From positions 174,098,001-174,162,000 of the forward strand of contig NC_058368.1 of assembly GCF_018350175.1 (NCBI RefSeq): a stretch of DNA of 64,000 bases, in the 5' to 3' direction. A model generated the notes under the pieces. The model saw only the letters and a list, made by a program, of their open reading frames with translations. It did not search any database and was not told where the DNA came from. The stretch's first letter is position 1. The number at the start of each line of letters is the position of its first letter. Both the position numbers and the translations under genes were made by a program. Origin of the DNA: Felis catus. Taxonomy: Eukaryota. Of the stretch, positions 12,053-25,368 are shown piece by piece.

Positions 12053-15000
12053 GGATTCTGTTCATGCCTCTGTTGTGCACTTTTAATCCCAGGTCATAGT
12101 TCTTGGTTTACCTGACTGGCCTCCTGCCTGCCTGTGGGTTCCCTGAGGGCAGGGACCATGTCTGGCCTGTCTCAGGGTCTCCGTGGCTGTGGAACTCTGC
12201 AACCAGTAGGCTCAGCTCATTCTCTTCCCCAGCAAAGGTCTATTGAACTAATGAATGTTCTACTCAGAGCCCAGAACAGAAGCACTTGTGTCTGGATACT
12301 TCCTCCTTCTCAGCAGCCAATTCAAAGCCCAGTGGAGATGACAGGCCCAGCTGGCCCTTGCTTGCATGGCGCCCCGGAGGCTGCAGCTGCTGGCCTTGGA
12401 AGTGGAGTTTGTGTGGGGCGACTGTGTAGAAGGGCGGCTCTGACAGCCAGGAAGCACACTGGGTTCCAGTTCTCTCTGCCACTGCCCGACCCTGGGTAAG
12501 TCCCTTCCCCTCTCTGGGCTTTGACTTCTCCTTCTGTGACTAGAGGACTGGGGACAGAAGAGACTGTCCTCGAGAGCTAGCTGGTGTTCCTCCTCCTTCT
12601 AAAGTTCTATTCATTTATCTCCTGGGCTTCTCAGAGACCGATAGACACACGTAAACACGTGTACACACACCTACGCGCAGGAACAGACACGGCCTACCCA
12701 GACACACACACACACACACACATACACACAGAGATTCACATCAATATACTGACTTTCAGAGACCCAGAGACGCACAATGGCCTAAATGTCACGCTTGCAC
12801 GGGATATGGAGACATTCGGGCTGCTGTGCACACACATCCCCCCAGATACATGAGACTTGACTTTTCAATACTCACACAGATACGCAGTCTCACTGGTACC
12901 TGCAGGTGCGTGAGCACAAGCACACACGTTCCCTTTGGGGATCCAAGCTGCTGCAGTGGGGGTGACTTGAGGTAGACACGTATCTCTGCCCTGGCAGGTG
13001 ACATGTCTCTCTGGCCTCTCTCCCAGGCTTGGGCTGGGCAGAGTAGCTGCTTGGCCTCGGGGCTGAGAGGTGAGCAGGGTGAACTTGCCCTCGGCCTGCA
13101 GGGGTGAGGACTGGGCTGGGGACTCATCTCCCAGGTTACTGCTGCAGATGCCGCTTTTAAAAATAGCTTCCTGCTGCTTCCAGGAAAGCTCTGGGGAATA
13201 AGGACTCCAGAGATTGGATTTTGCTTGTTCCTTGCTTGCCCATGGAGCTGTGTGCAAGGGTCTCCCCAGGAGACCACCAGCGCCGCCCAGACTCCCTGGT
13301 GGTGCCATGTAACCCGCAGCAAGGAGGAAGACACCTAAGGTGGTTGCATGGTTGAGGCGGGTCTGGGGTAGGGGGATTGCTTCCCGGCGGAACCTTCCGC
13401 TCCCAGAGGAGAGCTGCTGGCTCAGCCATCCTGGGTGGGGGCATCATGCACCTCCTGGAGGCAGCATGACCTATTAGTGGTTTATACGTGGGCTGTGCCA
13501 CTCCCTGGCTGTATAACCTGGGACAAGTTGCTTTATGTCTCTGAGCATCATTGTTTTCAATTGAAAAATGGGGCTAATCACCTCTTTCTTTCTCGTGAGT
13601 TGTGAAAATTAAGCCACAGAAGGTAGGTGCAGACGTCTCTCTCCTGTTTGGCTGTGGGTCTCCCCCACCCCCCTGCCCCCTAAATAAGGAGGGCCCTGGC
13701 TCACGTGGGCATCCCCAGGCCTGCTCTCCCTTATTGTCCTTCTTTCCTGGCCTCCTCTGCCCATAGTGCCTCTCTCCTGGATAACCAGGAATCGTGTATT
13801 TCTGTATTGGAAACCCCAGAGAGTATAGTACAGGATGCAGCTGTGTGTGTGTGCACACGTGTGTGTGCGTGTGCACGCATGGTGGTGGTGGTGGTGGGGT
13901 CATAGGGGCCACCAGGCAGTGACATGGTACTACCTCAGCACCTTTGATGGTGCAGAAATGAGGCTTCAGAACAGCTCTGGGATGGGGAAGCTGGCGGCGG
14001 GTGGCGCCCAGGGCTGACAAGCGCATTGCCGGCTGAACCTTCCATCTGTGAAGCCTGTGGCCACAGGCCCTGGGCTAAGTCGGTGTGAGTTCTGGGCAGT
14101 CACGGCCAGGATGTTAAGGATCTGGGCCTCCTCCTTGGCTCTGAGACTTTCTGACTGTGTGCCTTTGGGCACAGGATACAGCCTCTTGTTGCTTCCACTC
14201 TAGAGTGGGACCTCTGTCATCATGTCTCAGGGGACTGGTGCGGGGGTGAAAGATGCTTCTGTCAGCCTGTGTACAGCCAGAAGGCATTATCCCCACCCAG
14301 ATTAAGACCTGGAAGTAGTCTGGTCTCTCCAAAAGCTCCAGCAGAGTTCAGGGGGCAGGTAGGACTCCGGGCCCACCCAATCCTCTCTGTCCTCTGGCAA
14401 ACACCGACAGAGGGACTGGAAGGTCTGATCTGGCTCCAGCCAACTGTCCTGGCCAAAGGGCACCCTCCTAGAAGGAGTTGATGCCTCTTGCCGGAGGGTG
14501 AGCTTCTGAGCATCATGGGGAGGGGCCCTGGTGTGGGCAGGTGGACCTGGCCCAGTGCCCTCTCCAGTATTTACTTGCTGGCTGGCTTCAGACCTTCACC
14601 AGCCTCTCTGGGCTTCAGGTCCCTGACTTGGAGTGGTAATCCCTCCCTTGCAGGGCTGTTGTAAAAATCAAATGAGAGAAGCCTAAGGCCACCCTTGGAA
14701 AGATCCGTGGGAAGCACACTTTCTACCTCCTGATGTTGGTGTCTGCATCTGCCTTTGCTGCCCTTTGCCCGACCTGGTGAGGCGAGGCCAGTTCCCAAGA
14801 TCATCTGTGGATGTGGGCCAGTCCCAGGGCAGGGAGATGATGCAGTGTGAGGGGCCCAACCAGGTGTGCGTGGGTGCATCTTGTCTGGGTGGCTGGTTTC
14901 TTTCCCTAGACCTCACTGTCTCCACCTGTCAGATGGGGGAGGCATCCCCATGGCTGTGAATCACAGTGTCTCTAGGAACAGAAGATGCCTCACACCTGCG

Positions 15001-16184
15001 GGTTTTCAGGGCTGCTTCACTTAGGGATGGGAGCCTTGAAACATGCATGGGACAGAAATCATCTGAGTGTGCAGAGGCAGGCGTGAATGCCTGAGGAGAG
15101 GCATTTAGAAAAAGTAGGAGCTACAGGGTTATCTAGGTCACTGCGACTCAGAGAGGGACAGGGCTTACCCAAAGAAGACAGTGACTTGTTCACGCAGCAA
15201 GATTGTGACTGAGCCAGAGCTACAACCCACGGTTCAGGAATCTCTTGGATGGAAGAGGCTGAAATCATTTGGTCTAACCTCCCTGCTAAGAGTCTGTGCT
15301 TATACACCTGCTGGGACAAGAAGCTTACCATATTTTGTGGCAGCTTATTAATTTGTAACAGCTCTGGTCCTTGGACATTCCCCACTCACATTGAACTGAA
15401 AACCTACTCCCAAGCACTCCAACCTAGGCCCTCAGGATCAGTATGCATCGCTTCTAAAGGTAGATATTCACCAACAGAGATCACACACCCCGAATCATCT
15501 GCTGTCAGGACAGCAGCTCCCTGTTCTAACAGAACAGATTCTGGACCCTCGCCCTCTTGGTTGGTGAAGGCACCACCATACCTTCTCAGGACTCAGACTC
15601 AGATTTCCAAAGAATAAATCATGAAAACACCAGAGGCTGCCTCAATGAGAATGTTCAATAACTGTAATAGCAATTAGGAATTTTTATTAGTGAAGACAAA
15701 ATTGACTCAGAGGTAAAAGGGAAATTTTAAAGGCCTTTTCAATTTGTGATTTTCATGGGAGGCAGTTAATCTAAAAGCAAATAAAAGCATCTGAGTGCCA
15801 GAAAAAAAAATATGCAGTGAAATGTATTTTTTTGGAGAGTAAGTCTGACTCTACTTAATTATCAGAGAATTATTCCTAAAATAGATTCTACTGACCGTGA
15901 ATCCCTCGGGGGCAGAGTCTGGGTCTTTCTATCACTCACAGCAGCCAGAGCTGGCTAGGACACACAGGAGGTGAATGAGTACACAAACGAACAGGTTCAG
16001 TTTGTTGTTATTTTGAATGCACAAAAGGTCAAGTGCCTCTCCCTGCTCATTCACCTCTGGAGTCTTAGAGGTGTGGTAAGCGGTCCTGGGTTTAAGACCA
16101 TGGTATGGATGTTAAACACTGGAAGGAATGGCAGCCATTCTAGACAGCCCCAGGCTACTGTGGGAAGGAGATGGAAAGGATAGC

Positions 16185-16720
16185 TGGTGGTTTTGCATTC
16201 CAAGCATCCATCTTGCTTTTTTTTAATAACGGCACCCAGTTTCCTTTGGGAGAACTGCTCCTCCCCCAGTCTCCTTCCACGTGGTTTAGGCTTGTGTACT
16301 GAGCTCCCAGCCTGGGGATCCAAGAGGGCACATGACTAGGGTTTTACCAATCAGTGCAGTCCTCTGGACATACGATTGGCTCAGGAATGCGCATGTGACC
16401 CAAGAAAGGCCAATGAGACTCAGTTCTGGAATTTCTGCTGGAGCTGTGGGAAAGCCTCCTTTTGTGGCAGGTTGCTAAGCTAGCGGGCTCTAAGTCTGGA
16501 GCTTCAGGAGCCACTGTCAGAAAAGAACTTGCCTGAACACGAAACCAACACAGGAAAGCAAAGCAAAGACGTGGAGAGAAACTGAGGTTTGCTCTCCTCA
16601 TTTGAGCTGTGGGGGAAACCAATCATCCTTGAACCTTTCATCACTATGCCAAGAAATTGTCCCTCTTGCTAAAGACGCTTAGAGTTGAGTTTCTTTCACT
16701 TGCAACTGACAGTGTGTTGA
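16185..16720 (+). mobile_element. ERVL-MaLR solo LTR (MLT1K-like), near full length
   Basis: 5' agcatccatc...taacggcacccagtttcctttgggagaac; internal catgtgacccaagaaaggccaatgaga; 3' gttgagtttctttcacttgcaactga. Confidence 0.8.
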
Positions 16721-19480
16721 CAGGTAGGAGAGTACAAGAGGCAAAGTTCTTCAGTATTGAGGGAGAGAGCTGATAGGAAGCTCTCCCTCTCCATGTTTCC
16801 CTGGGAACCTGGGTGGGGCTGCTTATCAGGGCATTCTGTCTTCCCACCCACACAGAGTAGAGGGGCAGGTAGGGCCCAAAAAGCATGTGGAGATTCCTTC
16901 CTCTCTCTCATCCACACACCCTATCAGCCACCAAATTCAATCCATTCACCCTCCTTAAAATGCGATCACAGGGTCCTGTCTTTCCACCTGTCCCACTATC
17001 TGAAATGGCTTTTTCTCACCACCTTCAGCATAAAAGTGCATCTTCTGGGAAACCTCCTCATGCTTCTCTCCCCACTCAGTCAGTCCTGCCCTCCCCTGCA
17101 TTCCCACAGCACCCTCCACATCCCTCCATCACAGTCTCCCAGTGGTCCTAGCCTGTGTCTTTGTGTCCATTTCTACCCTCGGCACCGGGAGCTCCTTGAG
17201 GGCAGAGCCAGGTCCCATTCATTGTGAGTCCTTGGCACTTAGCCGGTGCCTAGCACAAGGTGCCTCACAGACCTCTGATTCACTTCATTGTGTCCAGGGA
17301 GTTGCTTAATGCTCCATCTCACTTGCCGAGTTGTTTTTTTTTTTTTAATTTTTGGTACTTATTCAGTTAAAACCACTTCCAGGGGAAATGGGGACCACAG
17401 AGTCAATTATTCAACCTCTGCCGTGTCCAGAGGAGCAACTGTGGCAAGTCTAGGAGGTCACCTTCTCTAGTTGCTGGGAGCTGAGATTTCCATACCACCC
17501 TCATTAGGCTGCCTTGAGGAAATGAGTTTCCGGGAGGGCCGTGGGAATCTCCAAGGCATCCTGGTCCCAATGCCAACAAAACCAGATGTGGAAGCAGATG
17601 GTGATGACCAGGAGCACATCCCTGCTGGAGAGAGGAGAGCCTCATCCAACCCTTGGCTCTTGTCTTAGAATTACTGGACCAGGAGAGGACAGTCCCTTTA
17701 ATTAATAACAGAGGGAGAACACGGCAATGTTTTCCTTATCCCTAGCCCAGGAGATCCCCAAAGACATAAGCAATCAAATCTCTCATCCTGGCTTCTGCCA
17801 GCTTGGAGTCTTTTTAACAAGGAGAGGGGAGAAGAGAGGGAGAAGGTGCCATCCCTACAACCTGTGCTGGGTGCCTGAACCCCATCATCTCTCCTTACCC
17901 TTCATGATCACTCAAGGAACAAGGTGCTGTCCCCATTCCCCAGGTGAGGGACTGGAGGTTCTGAGAGGTGAGATCATTAGTGAAATTCACACAGCTGGTA
18001 AGTGGTGAGCAAAACTTCAAATCTGGTCTACATGACCACCTCACCTTCATTCCAGCTAGGCCAGAGAGGTGAAAGGAGTGTGCTTTTGGTGCTCTTGGCA
18101 AGCCTGCTGGAATCCTGGTCCTCCACTTTCTGGCCCAGTGGATTATGTAACCCACAAAGCCTCTCTGATGCTCAGTTTCCTCATATGCTCAATGGGAATG
18201 ACAGTCCCACCTCTCATGGCCCTTGTGTGAGAACAAAGTGGGAGAATATATCTACTGCATCTGGCTCATAGTAAAGGTACAGTGAAGGTGCTGGCTCTGA
18301 TGGCTTTTTCCTTGTCCTTCTCTGGACTTTCGGATCCCATGGATGACCTATCAGAGCTATCATGTTATTAAGTTCTAAGTCAGTTGAAACAGAAGAGGTC
18401 AGATCTCAGCCTTCAGATCCTCCTGATCCTGTGACCTCAAGCAAGTCCATTCACCTTTCTGGGTCGCAGTTTTCTTCTCTGTGAAATGAGAGTGCTGGGC
18501 AGGATCACTGTTCCCCAACCTGGGGTCTTCCAAAGACAGTAATGAATGGGGATAGGGAGAGAGGGCATTTTCGAGTAGCAAGGTGGGCCTGGCTAACAGT
18601 GTTGTCATATTCCTTAGCCTTGGGTTGGAGTGATATCACCTCATGGCTTACCTCTTGCTGATCAAAGCTCTGACTGGCAGTTAAGTGTCTTTGATTAATA
18701 AAAAATGGAGGAAATGAATTAATCATGACTTAAATGCAGTGTGTTTGGGAAACAGAATCTTTAAAAACTCAAATCCATTGGGGCCAGGAGGGGGGAAAAA
18801 AAAGGTGTCCTTGATGGAGAGAGGTTGGAGATCCCTGTGGTGGATGTCCATGGAGCCCTCCAATTGTGGACAGAAGACCTGTGTGGCCAGGGGTCTGTGG
18901 GTGCCACCACTAGGGATAGGAGGCTCGGTCCCTTTAAGGCTCTTCTCCTGCAACCAAGCCCCAGGCCTCTGCGGGGGAGGACATGCATTATTGAAAGCGC
19001 ATTTCAATACCTATTCACTCTCCTCCTCCTCCTGTGGGTGGCAATCACAGTTTACATAATCTGTCTCTCTGTCCTCCCAGGCAGCTGCTCCCTTCTGGCT
19101 GAGTGTTTTGAGGAGGGGGAGGGTGGGGAGAAAGGAGAGACATTAACTGTGTGCTGCCACCTCAAGTAGTGGCCCCGTTGCCTTGGAATGAAGGAATGAG
19201 ATCAGACTTTGGCATTGCACAGCCTTGGGTTCAAGTGTCACTTACATGATGTGTGACCTTGGGTATACAGTTTTGCCCCCTCCCTAGTGATCTTGATCCG
19301 TTCCCATGGCCTCTATTATAGTCTCCGTGCTAATAGCTCCCAAACCTCGGTTCCAGCCCAGACCTCTCTCCTCAACTCCAGGCCCACCTGTCAGCCGCTT
19401 GAGGGATAGCCGTGTTTGTGTGTTCACAGGAAGCCTAGGCTTGGTATGTCCCAAACTGTTCTTACCAATTTTCTCCCACA

Positions 19481-19698
19481 CCATTCATCCACCCATCCAT
19501 CTATTATCTATCCATCCATCCATCTACCCATTCATTCATTCATTCATTCATTCACCCATCTAGCCATCCAATCATCCATCCATTCAACCATCCATCCATC
19601 CATCCATCCACCCATTCATTCATTCATTCATTCACCCATCTAGCCATCTAATCATCCATCCATCCATCCATCCATCCATCCATCCACCAATCCACCAT
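19481..19698. repeat. Compound (CCAT)n/(CATT)n microsatellite at an L2 tail
   Basis: Directly visible; followed by an antisense L2 3' segment (about 19700-19940). Confidence 0.95.
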
Positions 19699-19999
19699 TT
19701 CCTAGGTGTCTAGCATTTGTCAGCATTGTGGGTACAACAACATGCAAGACAGGCACTGTATCTGACCTCCCAATACTCTCTTGTGAAGGAGACACATGAG
19801 TAAATGGAAAATGAGAATAAATGCGATGAGTATGATGATAAGGGAAGTATAAGTTGCTGCAGGAGAACAGAAGGGGGTACTCAACACAGCCTTGGGGGAT
19901 CAGAGACTTTTTGGAGAAGACAGATTGTTTTGGATCTGAGAGATAAGAAAGAGTAAACCTTCTTTCCCTGTGTGTTCCTTGTCTTCATTACCCAAGGTG

Positions 20000-20440
20000 A
20001 TTGACACCCCCCCCCATTCCTTCTTGTAACAGTGTAACAGCACCTCTTTGGGAGTACCTACCCCTTTCCTACTCATGGCCCTAATGGATTGGGTGGGAGG
20101 GCCATGTTATTACCAGCTCCAGGGTGGGTGTGTGACCCAGGCCTGGCTATGGGGACGGATTAGGGCTCTGTCCACTGAAATTCAACCCCAGAACTTTGCT
20201 GGCACCATTGGGGTTGCAGTATCCTATTTCTACTAGACTCGCTCAACTTGTGGACAAGTAGATGCTGTGTTTCTCCTCTGAGCGAGAGAGTCTGCCTGAG
20301 AGCAGAATCGAGAGACATAGAGTCATTTAAACCCCTGGATCCAGGTGTGCCTGATGCCAGCAATGTCAGGCTTTTCTTTTTATTTGAAGTCGTTTTGTGT
20401 TAGGTTTCTGTCACTTGCAGTTGAAAGAGCCCTCATTAAG
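20000..20440 (+). mobile_element. ERVL-MaLR solo LTR (MLT1K/L-like)
   Basis: gtgtgacccaggcctggc...gaactttgctggcaccattggg...cccctggatccaggtgtgcctgatgcc...ggtttctgtcacttgcagttgaaagagccct. Confidence 0.75.
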
Positions 20441-21251
20441 AGTAAAGAGTCTCATTAACAGTAGGAAAGCATTTTCACATCCTTTGTCTTATTTGATTTT
20501 CACAACAGCCCTAGAGGACTGTTTACAGATGGTGGAAGGAAAGCTCAGAGAGTTGGGTCTGTGGGATGCATGCAGGTCTGTAAGACACCAAAGTCCATGT
20601 TTTATTAAGGGTACTTTGGAGATTAAACAAGAAGGATGTTGGAGAGTAGGATTTAGCTTTGAGTGGAGAGGGCACTTGAAGAACTCATCCACAGGAGAGG
20701 ACCTTCCTCTGCACAGTCAGCCCACATTCCATTGCATGACCATGTTTCAACATCTGACTGAAGAGTCACCTCCTCCATGAAGCCCTCAGAAAACCCCCTC
20801 CTTGATACTCTTGAGCCCCCATCGTCTCTTTTATAGCTTCAGTCACTTTCAGCCTCTCCATTTCACTTCTTTCCGTGTATGACTCATCTTCTTTTCAGGG
20901 AGGTCTATGCTTGACTCATCTTTGATTAGACCCAAGCTCCTTGCCCCATGCCTGGCACCCAGTAGGGGTTCAATGCATTTTTTTTAAAGTAAGTATTTGA
21001 AGTAAATTAACGTCCAGATAAGAAGTGCATTTAGGATGTGAATCAGAGTGATAGGGAGACAGAGGGAGGAAAATTGAGATGAGACACAGAGACAGAGAGA
21101 GATGCACAGAGAAAGAGAATGAGTCAGTGAGAAGGTGAAAGACAGGGATAGGGGAGGCCTGAGAAGGAGAGCCAGAGAGAAAATTCTGGGGGTGGAGATC
21201 TGGGGAAGTCTGCCAGCCTTGACTAGGGTTCAGATGACCTTACTCCTGGTG

Positions 21252-21477
21252 TTTTTTGTTTGTTTTTAAATGTTTATTTATTTTTGAGAGAGAGAGAGAG
21301 AGAGAGAGAGCACAAGGTGGGGAGGGGCAGAGAGAGAGGGAGGCACCGAATCTGAAGCAGGCTATAGACTCTGAGCTATCAGCACAGAGCCCCATGCGGG
21401 GCTTGAACCCACGAACTGTGAGATCATGACCTGCGCCAAAGTTAGATGCTTAACTGACTGAGCCACCCAGGCGCCCC
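21252..21477 (-). mobile_element. Can-SINE (SINEC)
   Basis: Antisense head gagccacccaggcgcccc, (GA)n, T-rich tail. Confidence 0.95.
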
Positions 21478-21532
21478 TGGTTTTTTTTTTGTTTTGTTTT
21501 GTTTTTTAAGGAGAGAAGAGCTCTGTCCTCTC

Positions 21533-21607
21533 TTTTTCTATGTATGTGTGTATGTATGTATGTATTAGAGAGGGAGAGAGACAGAATGTGAGTCAAGGAG
21601 AGGGGCA

Positions 21608-21659
<52 letters not shown>

Positions 21660-21783
21660 CCTAAGCAGGCTTCACACTGAGTGGAGGAGCCTGACACGGG
21701 GCTTGATTCCATGACCCCGGGATCATGACCTGAGCCAAAATCAAGAGTTGGATACTCAACCGACTGAGCCACCCAGGCACCCC
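21533..21783 (-). mobile_element. Can-SINE (older SINEC)
   Basis: Antisense head, long (GA)n, (TATG)n-decayed tail. Confidence 0.93.
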
Positions 21784-23396
21784 ACTCCTGGTGTTTTGTA
21801 AGGGACCCATCTGGAAAGGGCGTGGCTTGGTCAGAACCCAGTCGGGTTGGAGGGACAAACCCTATGGGATGGGTGGGGAGTAGCTGGTGAGCCAAGGAAG
21901 AGCTCCTGTGACCCCTCTTGCTGCCTCAGGAGGTGGGAGAGACAAGACAATTGTGAGCGCTGCTGGATCTGAAGGATCTGGCCGGGCTCTGCAGGGAGGG
22001 AAAGGAGGGGGCGGGATAGCTGGGGGTCAGCGGCAGCTAGAAGCTTCTCCAGCCACCTCCTGGAACCTCCTCTCCAGTGGTAGCTATGCTGTGACCCTTC
22101 CCTCTAGGAGCTGACTTTGGAGCCCAAACCAGAGAAGGACACACCCCTGCCAGCAGCAGGCCTGTAAATTTCTCCACTCTGTTCGGGGACAGGGTGGTCC
22201 ATTACAGCTTTGGACTTCACCATCCATAGCCCTGAGCACCATCCCAAAGTGATCCTATGTCTTGTATCCATCTGCTTGTTTCTTACCCACCCACCTCCCC
22301 ACACCCTGCAGGGGAAGCCCCAGAAAGACAGGGACCTTGGGGGTCTCCTAGGGCTTAGCAGGGTGCCCGGGATGCTCACCAAATACCGTGTAGATTAACG
22401 AATGGAAGATCAGGCAGGATGGCAGCGTGTGGTGCGTGTGCGGTGGGGGTGGGGATGTTGCTCGGAGGTAGCTTTGACAGAGCACTTTACCAAGCAAGGC
22501 TCCCAAAATAAAGGCGTCTGGGCTCTGAGATGAGAGCCCTTGAGAAGAGAAAGGCCCTTCTGGGGCGAACTGTCTGGCTGTTGGCCAGCGTGCAGGCAGC
22601 TGCAGGGAGGTCCTGGGGGAGGGGTGCTCTTCCTGCCCCTGCCACACCTGCTCTCTGGCAGTGACGAAACCGCTAGGGGCCTGCTGTCGCTGCATGAGAC
22701 AAAAGGGTGCTGCCCTGCTACTCAGGGAGGAGAGAGCCAAAGGACAGGGCTGCAGGCAGGACACGGAGCCACACCAGTCCTGGACGTGGCCAGGGAGGGA
22801 ACGAGCATGTACCAACTAAACCAGGGGCTGCTTTGTGGCAGGCCCCATGCTGGCTCATTGGCTTCTCTCCATAAGGCTCTGAGGAAGGGACTGTTGAAAC
22901 AGACAAAGAGTCGAAGACCCAGGGAGGTAAAGTGACCGGTTCTGGGCCACGGAGTGAGTGGTAGCAGGTCAGGCAACTCAGGTTGGCCCCAGTCCTCCCT
23001 TCACATCACTGGGCATCCAACACAATAATGGGGTTGGGGGTCACTAGGCTTCTGATGGCTGTTCACCTCTGCTAGGACTTTTGGGGAGAGGTGGGGAGAG
23101 GGGAGGGAAGAGGAAGGAAGAGAGGAAAGGGAGGGAGAATCTCCTCTTGTGAGATAAAATATAAGAGTGCGATAGATGTTCTTGGCGCTGTTTCTTTACC
23201 TTTCTTTTTGTTCCTTTCTCTTCTATTCCTTCCCAGGCTTCCTGCTCCTGTCTGAGATTAACGAGGAAACAAACCCAGGGCTGAGGCCCCCCATGCTGGG
23301 GCTCTACACTTAGCTCTGACTGTGAGACTTTGTACAAGTAATTTCCCAGTCGCCTCATCTTTGAGGTGTTGAGATGTTGATAACGATGAAAACAAT

Positions 23397-23591
23397 GTTT
23401 TAACATTTACTTATTCTTGAGAGAGAGAGGCAAAGAGAGAAAGAGAGGGGGAGACACAGAATCCAAAGCAGGCTCCAGGCTCTGAGCTGTCAGCACAGAG
23501 CCCGACGTGGTGGGGCTCAACCTCATGAACCGTGAGATCATGACTTGAGCTGAAGTCAGATGCTTAACCCACTGAGCCACCCAGGTGCCCC
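23397..23591 (-). mobile_element. Can-SINE (SINEC) inserted in a MIR
   Basis: Antisense head gagccacccaggtgcccc; MIR sequence continues on both sides. Confidence 0.93.
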
Positions 23592-23819
23592 TGTTGGTAA
23601 CAATTTTGACCTCTCAAGGAGGCTGTAAGAATTTAAAGAGGCAGAGGAAGCAGATGAAGCCCTGTGCCTAAGTGAGATGCCATTGGTATTAGCCAGAGGT
23701 TCAAGAGAATCTACTTCTACAATCCCAGTCACCCTACTTGGCCGCCTGACATGACTTTCTAAAATAAAATGTACACCTTGTTCCTCAACTTCCAGGGACA
23801 TGAAAAACCATGTCAGGAA

Positions 23820-24630
23820 AGGGAATGTCCAAATGGCCAGTAAGCACATGAAAATGTGGTCAACCTCACTAGTCATTAGGGAAGTGCAAATCACCACTGT
23901 GCACTCACCAGAATAGCTAAAATGGAAAGGACAGAAAATGTCAATGTAGGGGAGGCCATGGAGCTTCTAGACCTTTCATACAGTACAGTGCAGAGTGTAA
24001 ATTAGGACCACCATTTTGGAAAAAACATTTGACAGTAGCTGCTGAAGATGAACCCACATCCCCTATAACGTACTGATTCTACTCCTTGGCATACCCCCCA
24101 CAGAAATGTGTATATATGTTCATCCAAAGACACAAGCAAGAATCTTAATGGAACCATTTTTCACGGGTCCCAAGTTGAACACAACCCAAATGTCCATCAA
24201 CACTAGAATGGATGAATGCATTTTGGTGTTGTCAAATATGTATTAATATTATAACATAATACACGTAATTCCAAATATAATTATATTTGCAATATAATTT
24301 AGCCATGGGAATGAATAACATGAGAGAATGCCACACATAACGAGTGAAAGAAGTCAAATACCAAAGAATGCGTGATTTCATTTGTGCGATGTTCAAAAAT
24401 AAACCAACTAATCGATGAGGTTAGAAGTTAGAATAGTGGAGAACAGTGGTTCTTTTTCAGGGAGGGGGCGATGAAGAGAGGAGCAAAAGGGGCTTTCTGG
24501 CAAGCTGGGAAGTTTGTTTCTTGATCTGGGGGCTGGTTACGTGGGTATGTTTACTTTGTGAAAGTTCATTGAGCTGTAAATGTATGATGTGAGCACTTTT
24601 ATGAATGTAGGTTATATTTCAGTAACAAAC
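23820..24630 (+). mobile_element. LINE-1 3' end (old L1M, ORF2 end plus 3' UTR)
   Basis: caaatggccagtaagcacatgaaaatgtggtcaacctcactagtcattagggaagtgcaaatc...caacccaaatgtccatcaaca...ttcattgagctgta. Confidence 0.9.
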
Positions 24631-25142
24631 ATAGGTTTGTTAGGAATGTAGGATATGTTTTTCTGCAACCTCCCCCCCACCCCCCAACTGCCTATGGCTC
24701 TCTCCTAGCCTAGGCCAGGGTCCCAGCTCCCTGGCAGTTCAAGGCCCTCTGCTGCCTGCTCTGGCCTCCCTGTCATCACTTCCTGCCTTAAGCAACAGGA
24801 CAGTGGGTAGGTCTTCCCACGTGCCAGGCTATTTCTCATCTCTGGGCCTTTGCCCTTGGCCCACCATCCTTTTCTCCCCATTTTGTCTGCCCCCTCATCC
24901 TTTCCTGAACACCCCACCTCCAGGTAGGCCAGGTACCCCTTCTCTGATCTCCCATAGTCTCCATCCTGCACTTTATCTCAGCCATCCCCATATGGGTTTA
25001 ATATTATTATTACATGCCTGCCCACTCACCCAAGATCAGGGCCTGTGACTGATTAGTCTCTCTGTTCCCAGTGTTCAGCATGGGGCCTGGCACGGTAGAC
25101 AAACTGAATGTTTGCAGAATGAATGAGGGAAAAGACATTCTT

Positions 25143-25368
25143 TTTTTTTTTTTAATTTTTTTTTTTTAACATTTATTTATTTTTGAGACAGGGAGAGACA
25201 GAGCATGAACAGGGGAGGGTCAGAGAGAGGGAGACACAGAATCGGAAGCAGGCTCCAGGCTCTGAGCCGTCAGCACAGAGCCCGACGCGAGGCTAGAACT
25301 CATGGACCGCAAGATCATGACCTGAGCCGAAGTCGGCCGCTTAACCGACTGGGCCACCCAGGCGCCCC
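25143..25368 (-). mobile_element. Young Can-SINE (SINEC_Fc-type)
   Basis: CpG-rich near-consensus body; perfect 16-bp TSD gggaaaagacattctt (25127-25142 / 25369-25384). Confidence 0.97.

Noticed and set aside
13157..13166. MEF2 consensus TTAAAAATAG and scattered AP-1 heptamers elsewhere
   Set aside because: Isolated short motifs at a frequency compatible with chance.
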